Translations under genes and position numbers: made by a program | In this document: positions 11,858-24,025 of the stretch, one piece after another | Layout of the letters: every line of letters starts with the position of its first letter | How positions within the stretch are numbered: position 1 is the stretch's first letter | From: Cenococcum geophilum | Lineage: Eukaryota | Assembly (NCBI GenBank): GCA_050273025.1 | Contig: CP158635.1 | Coordinates: 20,088,001 to 20,152,000, forward strand | Length of the DNA stretch: 64,000 bases | Direction of reading: 5' to 3' | The notes under the pieces: model-generated | What the model was told of the DNA's origin: nothing | Database searches by the model: none | Seen by the model: only the letters and a program-made list of their open reading frames with translations

Positions 11858-13851
11858 AGTTTAGGAAGTAGAAGAGGCAACTATAAGACAACTTATAAGA
11901 GGCTCGATTAAATATATACCTATCCTTTAATCTTTAGACGTCGCCGAACTACTACGCTATTATCGCGATTATTGCCTACTATATTAATAAAAACGGCCTC
12001 TAGCAGACAAAAGTTCTTACTTTATAGTGCCTTAAGGGCGAATATAGTGGCGCTAATTAAGCTTAAATTATCCTGGATATAATTGGCGAATATAAGATTA
12101 ATAAAAGGGTTAGATATTTTATGCTTAATAACGCGTTAAGTAATAATACGGCCATTAATTTAATTCTTAAGACGCTTTATCTAAAGATATTAGAAAAGCA
12201 ACGAAAGCGTTATTAGCTATGGTGTCTTAGCTATATAGTTAACTTAGCTACATAGGCGTTCTTACTAGGTAAAAAGGTAGATACTATACTAGAGGAATTA
12301 GAGCTAGCTTATAGTAGGCATAACTTTAACTTAATCGCAAAGATCTAGAGGAAGTAGGGCGCTCTTAAACGCCTATATAATATTATATAGTATATTTAGA
12401 TGTCGCTATAACGTTATAAGGAGTTTTGGAGGATTATAGTAGGGAGGGAGTAGTTAGAATTTAATATACTTAAGGTAAGTATTAAAGCTATTTAGTGATA
12501 TTTGCTACCTACTAATACTGGATTTTATATTATCCGGCGTATAGTTATAATATTACGATCGTAATATTTAATTTCTTATTACTACTAACTAATTAAGTAG
12601 CTTATTTAAAGTAACGCGACTTAATAGAATTTATATTTTAGCTTTATTATACGAGCTATTAATTATAGGCAACGAATTATACGGTTCTGCGACTCCTATA
12701 TACCTAAATAAGGCGAAGGCATTAAAACTAATTGTCTTACTACGCACTACTAGTTCCTTCTTAAAAAGCTTTTCTTTGTCCTCTAGCCGTTCTATAAAGC
12801 TACTATATATAGCTAAGGCTATAAGCATATACTTTACCACTGGTTTACTATAATAGATTGGCTTTTTAACTGCACCTATAACGCCTAGGTTGATTTTTAA
12901 GAACTCCATATTAAATATAGTAATAGTAAGGAATATACCTATTTAGAAGCCATAGCCTACGCCTTATAGGAGAAGTGCAAGGAGTACTATAAACGCGCAG
13001 ATAATAGTGCCGCTTACTACGCTGCGCATATACTTATACTAAGCAAGAAATAGTTATAGTTTTAATAGGAATTTAATTAAGATAAGAATGAGAAAACCTG
13101 GCTTTATGGTAATCCTAAAGATCTAACTAATTGTGGTATTAAAGGCTTAGTAGAGGACCTTTAGCTAGAGGAGTATAAGGGTAGGTATAGTACTCCCGTT
13201 GCTATTAAGCAGCCACTATAACTAATACGCTTTATACGCGGCGAGATATTTAATAGGCTTTTAAATCACAAATAGATTAAAGCTATACCTCTTACTAGAA
13301 CTAACGCCTATTTAACCTATATCTAAACCGACTAAAAAGCTGCTAACGATTCTCTGGCTTACTAGAATAGTAAGTATTATTTATAACTAGACCTCGCTTA
13401 ATTTACTCTTAATATACTAGCTATACCGTTAATAAGCACTAAATATAAACGCGTGTTTAGCTCCGCTAAGCACCTCTTTACTAACCCCTAAAACTGCCTT
13501 AAAGCCGATATTATTAAAGCTAATAAGTGCCTAAAGTTCTAGTTCGGGCGCCCTTAAGTAAAGGCTTTTAAAAAAGGCGTTAATTCTAATATTAATAAGC
13601 AGTATAAGGAGAAAGAGGCTGCTAAAGCTGCCGCTAAGGCTGCCGCTAAATTAGAAACTAACACAGTAGGTAATGCGGTAGGCGACTTAACGGGTAATAT
13701 AATGGGCGATGCGATGGGTAATACGGAGGTAAATTAATAAGAAGCTAGCGGGCTGGAGCATAAGAAGGAAGATTAGGAGGATAATAAGGAAAATAAAAAT
13801 AACTCTAATAATAAGGACGATAAGATTAAATACACCGTAATTAATAACTAG
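11858..13851 (+). pseudogene. hAT transposase, RIP-degraded
   Basis: ARLNIYLSFNL*TSPN (IHLSFDLWTSPN); GEYSGAN*A; FMLNNALSNN; L*CLSYIVNL (RC.GH..NL); intron ~12475-12600 before SNAT**N (ATRWNS); dimerisation domain LAIPLISTKYKRVFSSAK at ~13420-13470. Confidence 0.9.
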
Positions 13852-14142
13852 TATATCTCTTAACACTATGCTAAGACTCGCGATAGTAAGTCCGTGCTTC
13901 TAATTAACTTATTAATTACTAAACCAGCTATTTATATCTCTTAAGCTATATAGGGCTCTAGTTTACTGTTTCCTACCTTAAATAATCCTACTATATTATA
14001 TACTACAATTCACTTAAATATATACTATTTAATCTGGTTAATCTAGTTAAACCGGTTATGTAACCGGTTTGAAGCTTTTATTTAATTTTTGGATTGGTTC
14101 GAGGCTGATTTTGGCAACCGATCCAAACCAGTTGCATCACTG
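11858..14142 (+). mobile_element. hAT DNA transposon, 3' part (5' part displaced by the Plavaka insertion)
   Basis: Transposase relic followed by AACCGG-type subterminal motifs and terminus ...gttgcatcactg (rc CAGTGATGCAAC) at 14142. Confidence 0.88.
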
Positions 14143-14339
14143 CCTAGCTGAGGGAAAAATCGCGGCATACACTAATTATGTACAGATAATTGAAATTTAC
14201 GGTAGTAATATATGACTGAGAAACATGACTGTACGAGGACTCTCGTAGGCTTAAGAGAGGCAAAGAGAGGCAAGTATATACAAGAATCGGAGAACATTAT
14301 AATCCTATATAGAAATACTCAAGTATCAAAATCCATAAT

Positions 14340-15651
14340 TTACACCAATGCCGTGACACTCCTCCAACCCCTCCGCATAGCCCTCTTCGTAGCAGCAGAA
14401 AGATCACCAGAAACACCACCCACAAATCCAGAGTTTGCCCATGCCTGGCTCGCGTCCCACATCATGACGCCACCAAAGCTCGAGAATTGAGTGCAGTAGC
14501 TGATAACACTGTTTAAGGTGTTGGCTGATACGTATCCAGCACCAGCACCGGTATTAGCGGGAACCCCTAAGAGGACTTTGACATTGGTGTTTTTGGAAAC
14601 AGTCTTGGCCCAGTTATCCCAGGTGTCAAAATTGAAATTATTCTGAGTAGAGGAGCCCGCAACGTAGGATGAGACACCACAATAATTATTATAGAACTGG
14701 ACGAATATGGCATCGAAGGATACAGCCCCGTTCAGCATGTCGTTGTCTGCGTAGTCTGGGTAAGGGCACTGCGGCGCAGCAGTGAGCAGGTACATTTTCC
14801 CCGAGGAAGCCGTAGCAGCATCCATAAGTGATCTTAACTGGTTTGCAAAGGGAACCATGTTAGATACCCCGGCTTCAAAGTCAAAGTCGAAACCGTCGAC
14901 AGATGAGGAACCGAAGGGGCGGAAGGCATTGGAATCGGACTGCTGCGGACCAAATGTGGCCCAGATCAAGTCGGCAGCGGCAATAGCGGCACTGGACGAC
15001 GTAAATCCTCCTTCACTATAAGTGGCACCACCTACGGAGAGAAGTACCGTTTTGGAATAGGTGTTTTGGCAGGTGGCTATATCCTCTCTGATGGAACAAT
15101 ATCAATCAGTACTTCCAGCGAATGCCGACGTGACGTTACATGGAGCTTACGCGATATTCGGACAGTCTAGGAGCGCCGTACCATTAAACGTGGAGCAACC
15201 ATTGCCTTGGTTGGCGAAATTGATCTCTGGTTGCCCACCCACGCCATTGATGACAGTCAAAAAGGCGAGAGGGATTACCTGGTTTGGTTATACATACTGT
15301 TAACTGTGGTGGAGGTGAGAAATATCTAGAAGAAACCTTACGTCTATGTCTGTGTCTACGCAAAAGAGCATTTATTATACTGTCTGACCATACCAGTAAC
15401 CAAGAGGAACTCACTAGCACAGTAATAAGACAACCTTTGCTGCGCAAGATCTCCTGACCCTTGCCCATACGAATTTTGGCCTGTCAATGATACCAGCCTC
15501 AGTCGAGCCTACAGAGATGTAATTTCCATTAACTTAACGTACCCCAGTAAATCGCAATATTGCTTTTAGTGTTTGCGTCAAAGCCAGCGATGACACCATT
15601 GATGGATGCCATAAGAAATGACCATGATATTACCTGATGTGCGGAACGCAT
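14340..15651 (-). CDS. Class III (subgroup B, Cts1-like) GH18 endochitinase, secreted; 5 exons: 15651-15543, 15480-15415, 15355-15342, 15278-15151, 15087-14340
   Basis: Signal-like N-terminus, IAIYWGQNS, KTVLLSVGGAT, catalytic DGFDFDFE, AAPQCPYPD, VQFYNNYCG, GGVMMWDAS. All introns are GT-AG and preserve frame. Confidence 0.95.
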
Positions 15652-17769
15652 GACGAACAAGTTGAAAAATCGAAATCCACTTGTGAGAGAATGACTTTTA
15701 AAAAGGAACTGAAATATAATCTGCACATCTTAGTTGAATATCAAAACTTCCAGGCTGCTATGGGCTTATATTCGAAATTTTTGAGAGAAATTGAGTGGGT
15801 GTGCAGGTAAATCACCTGGTAGTGCAAAGAGTAACGTTCCATTTGCAGCTGCGACTTCAGAGTAGTATCTTTTGCTGGAGAAACCAGGGTATCATACATA
15901 TTAGCATGGAGCTAAATTGGCCTCCCTTGCAGATACCTACTTGTGATGAATGGTTTCACAGCCCATGAGGTTTTATGCTGTCCTAGCTTGCAACATTTGC
16001 GCATTGTATGCGAACCCCGGATCACCGACTTATCAGGGTCGGAAATTTGGAACCTAGGCATGCTATACCGCTGAAGGTCACGTAAAGACTAACCGGCCAT
16101 GCTGCTGAAAAAGGGTAACAGGCTCATAACATTTACCCCCATACTCTTAGCACCTTAGATTTGGAGGTGCCGGGGACGGAATACCAGCAAAATATGGAGA
16201 TGATCTTCATATCCCTTCTGCTGTATTTCACTGATGGGAGAGCTCAGTGGCAGTAGCTCAGGAGTCAGAAGGTGTCGGAAGCGTCACAGTAGCTGAGCGT
16301 GATTACACTACCCTTATCATTTTATTCCATACTCAAAAATCCTACCTATGGTTTCAACTTCTTCGACGAATCACATGATGGCAATGCGAGGAGATTAGTC
16401 GAAGGAATCAAAAGACTACAGTGTCGTGATAGTGAAGACAAGACCAATAACAAAACCCAGACACCAAGAAACTAATCAGGTCATGGACGAATACCATATG
16501 GTCCGATTGTGATAGAGGCTGCCGAGTGTGATCGAAGATTTGTCGGGGACCGATGTGCAAAGTGGCTGGTGGTTAGATTAAGGACACCACACGAGGCACC
16601 GCGGCACGCGCCATCATCCTACCTTCCTATCCGAGCGTTTCCCCGGGATTTGCCAACGAGTTTACGACAAGGCATGAAATGATAGCTTCATGGTGAGCAG
16701 ATCATGTTTCGGACTCTGAATAAAAAAAGCGACAGGATACTCTTGGGCAAGAAGATCACCTGCGTGTCACTTGCTGCGTGATGTCCGCTCTGAAACCTTG
16801 AGGAGCTCCATATGTCTAGCGACAGAGTTCGTGACAGTGGGTCAGCTACCATCTTTTGACCAAGTAGAAGAAAAGCTTAACTCTTCGTCCTGTTAGCTAG
16901 CGCTAGGGAGTCATCAACGCTTAGACTTTCCAATGAAGGATAATACAGTCACATGATAATTAGTAAAAGTAACGCCAGTCAGTTCCAGCCTTGACTTTCG
17001 CATTTACTCAATGATCGTAGCGACCCTTAAGGTATCCTAGTTCAGAATAGTTAGTCGCATCCATTGCTGTTTCCTCCAATTTGAGAATAGTGCAGTCCAT
17101 CCTGTTTGCATCACAGCATTGAGTTTGTTAGATCGCCGTGTACACCATGCAGTAAATAATAAGCAAGTCACTTAGATAAGAAGGTAGCAAATTGAACAAT
17201 TAAACTCTTAGCATTCAATCAAAGCTGGCTAAAAGCCTCCGTCCTATCGATTCGTCCGTGCTATCTAACTAGCAGTGGCAGTAGCAGTGAGAATCAGGCT
17301 AGCCAAAACTCCAACGAACTTTCCTTCAAGACATGCATGCCGTATCCGGACTTGCTATTCCCCCAGCAAGTCAATAGCAGTGAAAATGTGTATCGGTACT
17401 AATTGGGTACAGGAAAATTTGGAAGGTGAAAAGATGCAGTGTGAGTGGCAAGTGTAACTAACCAAGGCCAATTCGTGATCGCGATCAGCAACTCCATCCG
17501 ACAAAGAGGAACGAGAAGATGATCGATGCACGAAAAGAAAGAAAACCCTCAGATTTGGATGAGCGGGAGACAATCAAACCTCACAATCCGATTATTCAAC
17601 TCACTCGACATCCAAGTGTAAAGTGATGCCCGATAACGATCGATCAAACGCCATAAATGCTTCGTGAACAATTGAGCGAATGCTTCTGACAGACCGAAAG
17701 AAACGTGAGCAATTGGGAAGGGAAGCGGAAAGGTGTCGGTCAAAGATGATCGCATGTGAGGTGCGGTGC

Positions 17770-20700
17770 TCAGTGCACGACACCAGGTGCAGCGCGCTTG
17801 TTCCATGCGTTGTTCTGCTGTGGATTCGTCCTAGCATTGTTATTGTTCCATCCGGATCCGGTTCCACTTGTAGATGGCCGAGGCGTGGCGTTTTGAGACG
17901 GTCCCGCTTGGGCTTGGTAGTTGCTCGATGGCTTCCTCGATCGGGGGTTGGGAGAGTTAATGTTTCCCTCTCGAGGGTTGAAGCTGCGCTTCTTGCTATT
18001 GCTGTTGTTGTATGGTGTCGTTTTGCGAGCACGCGGCTTGGGCATGGTCTTCGTAATTGTCTCTTTTGCACCTGGAAGACGTATGTTGACTTCACCATCG
18101 ACGGGAGTCATGGGAAATGGCGTCGCGCTGATGGCTTCAACGAGTCGCTGAAACTTTGAGTTTGGACGGCTAGATGGAGATGGAACCGACAGCTCATTCG
18201 CCGCGAGATGTGGTTTTTTTGGCAAGTTAATCGTGGGCAATGATCCAAACTCACGATCTTCGAGGAGAGCCTCCTCAGCTGTAACCTTAGACACAACATC
18301 ATCACTGTCATCAATGCTAAAGTTTGCAAAAGCTCTCTTCGTTGGAGTGATTGGTAGTGAAACTGTAGCCGAGCTGCGTTGGGTAGTCACATCCAAAGGC
18401 GCCTTAGATGCTGACGTAACAGCTAGCGAAAGCGGTGCTGGCGGCGATGCTGCGGAATGGGCATTTTGAGATTGAGGTTGCTGTTGCTGTTGCGGCTGTG
18501 TTGTTCTGCCAAAAAGGCCGTTGAATCTTGCCTGCCAGTCTTTTTGAGTAACAAGAGGCTGCGAGCCGATGCGAATAAATGGCTCAGGCCGAACAGGCAT
18601 AATGACAGGCGCTGGCGGAGATGGCGGAACTGGAGGAAGCTTGACACGAGCTTTCGGCACCGGCAAATTCACTACCGGATGGTTCGCATCTCCATCGAAG
18701 ACAGGATGCGAATAAGTTTCAGGCGGCGGAGGTGAATCTGACTGTTGTGACGTCGTCGAAGCCTGTGAAGAGGAAGCTTCGGGAGCGCGTGGAAAGAATC
18801 GAGACGAGCGACCACCCTGGGGGTGGGGAACATTGAGATTCGCAGTCGCACCAACCGGTTGTTGAGGCGCAAGATTGTCTCCATGGATCGCCGGCTGTGA
18901 AGAATGAGAGTCTAGCTGAGTCGCTGCCGGTGCCTCTACTTTTGGAAGAGATTCAGCGGAATCAACATGTGACGCAGCTTCGGACGGATGATTCGACTTG
19001 ACTTCTGTGGCATTGCCACCTTGAGCGACGTGAACGACACTGTTAGTCTTGAGAACCTTGCGACGGCTAACACCATCCTCAGCAGGCTTGGTCAGTCTGA
19101 ATGTCTCTTTGATCTGAGGCATGTACGCTGCAGCGCCGCTCTTCTCTAACTCCTCTCTCCATTTGGCTGCGCGCATTGCATCATCGCGTTGGATGGCATT
19201 GCCAAAGTTGCCCCATTCACCTTTTGAGGTAGAGTTCGCAGCTTTCACAGGCGGAGCTATGGGGCCCGGGTCGGGTGCAGTTGCAGCGTTCAGAGTGTTC
19301 TGTGACATTTCACCAAGAGCTGCAGATTGCTGTTGACGCACATCAGCTGATGGCATGAACATTTGCGTGTGGCTGAATGCTGGCGTATGGTTAGGAATAG
19401 CTTGAGTCTGAGCAGGCGAAAGTTTCATCGCAGATGGTGGAGCAATTGGACCAGGTTGGCTTGTGTGTGATTGTTGAGGTTGGTGTGAGGCTGGTCGAGT
19501 AGGGCCTCTGTTGTAGTTTGCGTCAAATGTACCGTTTCCAAGTGCTCGGTCTTTATATTGAGGTGGGCCCCAGACGTTGCCAGTAGGCTGATTGTTGGAA
19601 ATAGAGCTGCTCCAGGCAGGATATGATTCTTGTTGTGGGAGAGAAGGCTTCCATGCTTGTGAGGAGTGGTCGAGTGACTTATATGAAGCACGGACCTCCG
19701 CCTCCGATTGTTGTAATTTTGATTGGTCCAATTGAGGTGGCTGGTCCACAATATGTGAATGGTTCTCAATAAGCGGGCTCGGTTTCGGCTGTACTCCGGC
19801 ACTTGCTGACTTGGTTGGGGAAGAGATCGGCTTAGGCACAACTTCCTGAGTAGCTTTTGCGGGCTTCGGTGACAACTTAGTCTCTGAAAAAGGAATCTCC
19901 GCAAGATTTCCCAGCTTTCTGGCTGGATGAGGTTGATGGACTTTGATCAGCCCATATTGCGCGACTTCCCCCTCCGATGTTGGTACTGGCGGCTTTGGAA
20001 GGGACTGGACTGGAGCTGGAATGGCTTTGTCCTTTTGGGGAGATTTTTCTAGGGGGAGTGGTGATGAGGAATCTTTTGCTTTGTCCTTGTGATCACCACC
20101 CAGACCCATCGCTTCCAACTTCAGCCTAAGGCGTTCCTTTTTAGCAGCTTCCTCCCTTGCCTCTTCTTCTTGCTGGCGTTGTTTCTCAAGTTTTGCACGC
20201 TCCAGTTTCTCACGCATAAGCCGCTTCTGGCGTTCCACAGCATCCTCCATTGGAACTGCCGCTCCTTGAGCTATATCCCCAGCCCCAGACGAACCTACAG
20301 AGCCGTAGGGGGAAGCTGGTTGTACGTAACTAGCATTGGGCGATGACTTCTGTGTCCAAGAGTGATGCTGCTCAGCTGGTGAAATTCCACGCTCAGGGAA
20401 ATGGGTACGATTTTGCTGAAGTCCTGGTCGAGGGGTTTCGGTTGGTGTCGCGATCTCGGAGCTAGCGAGAGACTGCGATCCACGTCGGTGCTGCATGTCA
20501 AGTGGCATAGGTGGTATATCTGGCAGCCGCCCGAAAGACATTCTCCGACCACTACCACCACTAACGTTCGACGAATTGCGCCGTCTACCCCATGAAGGAC
20601 CCTCAGCTGCACTTGAGCGAGAAGTTTGAAAAGCCGCAGACGGTTCTGCAGGCCCGCCTTGTTGTGATGGCCGCTGAAGGACTGACGGTTGCCGGAAGCT

Positions 20701-22321
20701 GTTATCCCGAAAAGATCCGCGACGCATGTCGTTGACAGGCTCATATCGGCCATTGTGTGAATTGAACAATTCTTTGTTTCCACGATCGTCTCGCCAAGAC
20801 CTGTTGAAGTCATCTGGAGCAAATTCCTTAGCAGTAGGTGCTGTTGGCGGTGCATCGAAACCATGGGGATCCCTTTGAGAAAACCGAGTTTGTGGAGATG
20901 GTTGGGTAGGGGGATTTATTTGCACTGGAGACACTTTGTCCACAGGTGGAAGCGGAGCCCATGGAGATTTGATAGGCGCAGGGGCCGAAGGCTTGGCTAC
21001 CAAGGTCGGCTTCTCCATCGCGCCCTTCAATACTAAACCGGTCTTTAATGAGCCTGTCAGAGTATGAATACCAGGCTTAAGGATTGTCTTCGTTCCGCTA
21101 GTAGAGTTTGGTCTCTGCACGCTCGAGGATGATGCCAGTACCGGTTTACCTGTCTCTGAAGGTGTCTCCTTTTCAACGGTAGGTTTGGGTTCATCAGGAA
21201 GTTGTTGGTTTTCTGCTGTGGCGACTGTAGACTTTGTACCATCCATCCATTCCACCGTCTCAGGCGCCCAATCGTCCTCATCGTCATCTATATCCGCCCA
21301 TTTTGCTTCCTTTCCAGACTCGTCTGCCTGTAACCGCGTCGCCAGGTGAATTCCATATTGTTGTTTGAGTTCTTCATCCGTGAACTGCTTTGGCGGAGGC
21401 GGTGGAATGGCTATCACAGGAAGATTAGCACAAGCGCTAGAATAAAGTGGTTTATTTTTGTCAAAGGAATGCTCACGTTGATTCTTATTCCAAACCTTGC
21501 TTGCATCAGGACCAGAGCCAGCCCCATTAAGTTTTGATAATGAAGAGCGAGGAACGGTTCCTAGTCCACTCCCTGATTTAGCCACAAGTCGGGGTTTGGC
21601 TGTTGGCTGCGCAAAAATGTTCGTTTGCCCGGAGGGAGACGCTATACATACAAGAGGCAGTTAGCAAAAGGAATAGTTTAATTTATGGAGTTCATTACCT
21701 TTATCTCCTGGCCGCACAGAGGGAGTCGACACTGCGGATTTGGCCAGGAAATTTTTTGTTACCGACACGGCTTTGAAAGACGCCGGTTTCTTGACCGAAT
21801 TCGATCGTATATGTCGCCCTGGTCTTTCCTTTGCCTGGTCTACACTTCCAGGTCTACTAATATCTGTATCTGAGCCACCACTAATCTCCGCAAGTGCTGC
21901 TTGCCCAACCACATCCTCTGCAGCGGAACGCTCTCCAGTGTCGCCGTTGGCAAGCGGCTCCTCAAGAATCTTCGGTCGTGATGCGTTATCTCGCAGTTCT
22001 TCAGCATCTGTAATTGCAGACTGTCCACGGTCAGTTTCCTGATAGTAGGTGAGTATCTTTGCAACCACTCACAGTCAAGGCATCGTTCGCCTTGTTAGTA
22101 GATGAGGGTGTAACGCCAATTTCAGGTTCGCTCGTGCTCGAATTGTTTAGGGACGAACTTAAAAGAACTTTTGAGGGTTTTAGAATGGCGGTCATAGATT
22201 CCGATAGCGCCTCGCCGTCGCCGGCGGAGTTGTTGGTAGTTGTCGCAGTAGCGTCGATGGGAGAAGCGTCACCCATCGACTGTGCTTCCTTTACCACATC
22301 TTGGATGATCTGCTCTGCCAT
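17770..22321 (-). CDS. Large conserved low-complexity (Pro/Ser/Gln-rich, coiled-coil) protein; exons 22321-22073, 22038-21699, 21641-21477, 21410-17770
   Basis: 1271-codon ORF plus upstream ORFs joined in frame by GT-AG introns. Ordered blocks FKAVSVTKNFLAK, KPRLVAK, VWNKNQPIPPPPPKQFTDEELKQQYGIHLATRL, WADIDDDEDDWAPE, ELFNSHNGRYEPV, and an E/K/R coiled coil. Confidence 0.88.
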
Positions 22322-23116
22322 AACAATTTGCGTAACTGTGCGGGCAGTCGAACGGTCTTTGTCAGAATCTTCGTATTTATCTAGGTTGATGAACATAGCA
22401 AGTCAAGGAGTCGGCCTGAGGAGGCCAAGGGTCTATGTAGTGGAAAGGCAAGCAAAAATGAATATATCTACCTATCGTCAGAGCCTACAAGTCGCCACGA
22501 GGGAGTAGTTGGCGCTTCCGCAGAAACGTCGACTGCTGGCCTGGAAAGCTCGCGCGGCGTATGTGGAGATGCGGGAGAAAAGTGGCTCGGGGGTGTTCCT
22601 AAGGTGTTGGAAGCGGCTCGAAAAGGTGGTGATGAGGTGAAAGGGCTAATGGACCTCTGTCGGAGGAGGGATGAAGGGAGAAAAGGGCCGACACCTAATG
22701 GCCAGTTGTGGTGATGATGATTAGGAGATGCGGACGTGACACCTCGCTGCTTTGAAGTTGATGTTTCGGGCACGCTGGTTGGATCCGCCAAGCCCGGGAA
22801 CGCCTCAAAGAAGGCTGAGGTCACTCTCCAAATGACCAACAAATCCGGTCACAAGTCTCTTCGCGACGAATTGAAGCCAGCGGCTATACAATTGGATGAA
22901 ATCTTTTGTGTTATGAGTCACAAATGTCAAAGATCACACACTAAACCTCAAAGAAGCAGATACTATCAAACAGACCGCCGCGACGATGAGCAGCATATTA
23001 ATGAAAAATGGCCGGTTTCAATAAGTTAGGCTCTCCATTGAATGCTGTTCACAAGCATATGTACACCCACATCCTGCCTCCTAACTTCTAGCCACCAAGT
23101 CGCCTTTGCTTAATAT

Positions 23117-23774
23117 CTAGTGAGCGTTGTTCTTGTGGTGACCTATTAGTAATTAGCCAGTGTTCAATCTCTCCAATCTCGCTTTGATGGCGTACGCAAA
23201 TGGAAGTAGTAATTCTGCGCATAGCCAATAATCATGAGAGCGCCGATGACATGAACGAGTGCTGTGAACCGTAGTTATTAGTCAAAAGTTTTTGCACCCC
23301 ATTTTAAACACTTTTTTTCAGTAAATTGGACTGGTATTGAAGCCTTACGCATTGCCGACGCATTTTTGCCCATGTATCGCGCCTGGTATCTTTGAAGAAG
23401 GCCTCTTGGCTTCGGCTCCGGGGCAGGACCTCGGGGAAGCTTCTCATAAAAGCCCACAACTCGTTGCATACGGACGGCATCCTGAGCAGCTCCTATGGCC
23501 TTCAAATCCGAGTTAGCTTTTGATATATTCTGTGCTGAGGCATGCATGGTGTAACGGATGGGAGGCTGTAGCTCCGCGGAGGGTTTGCGCTCAACCGGAT
23601 GGTACGAGAATTCAGGTTCAGAGACTATCAAATAGCACTATTGTCGGCACTCACACTCGGGGAAGCAATCTAGAGGCTCGCTTTAGTACCTTTCTGAACA
23701 GGTAAGATGAAATTTGTTCTAAATACCTTGGGCGGAATGAGGGTCGAGAGACCGCGCTTTTGTAAGTAGCTCAT
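23117..23774 (-). CDS. ATP17: Mitochondrial F1Fo ATP synthase subunit f; exons 23774-23727, 23669-23655, 23499-23349, 23261-23196, 23142-23117
   Basis: Spliced product [48 protein letters not shown]...YQARYMGKNASAMPLVHVIGALMIIGYAQNYYFHLRHHKNNAH. Confidence 0.96.
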
Positions 23775-24025
23775 TGCGACTACTGCGTCCAATTAGCCAC
23801 AGAACCTTCATCTCATACGTAAACTAAAACGAGTGGGAAATACCTGGGCTGGGAAGAGAGGGGGCTTCGATTGGTGATTAAATGAGGATGAATAGATGCA
23901 AGGTTGGAGTGCAGAGGTTCTTCAGAGGCCGGCAAATGCGGTTAGGCCTCCCGAAATACCACCCGGCGACGCCCATCGTCAGACTTAGGTTACCGCAGCG
24001 TCTACACCTCTCAACTTCATCCACA
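23775..24025. promoter_or_regulatory. Probable bidirectional promoter shared by ATP17 and NDUFS4
   Basis: Only 251 bp between two divergent start codons, with pyrimidine-rich tracts facing each gene. Confidence 0.65.

Noticed and set aside
15750..17270. Possible gene or ncRNA upstream of the chitinase
   Set aside because: No sustained ORF, splice pattern or RNA structure that I can support.
17275..22508. Many 60-190 aa ORFs overlapping the large gene
   Set aside because: Antisense or alternate-frame shadows of a GC-balanced CDS; no motifs.
22468..23029. ORFs of 124 and 97 aa between the large gene and ATP17
   Set aside because: Pyrimidine-rich 5' UTR/promoter sequence; no recognisable protein features.
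23500..23654. Possible intronic snoRNA in the longer ATP17 intron
   Set aside because: No convincing C/D or H/ACA boxes by eye; would need a covariance model search.
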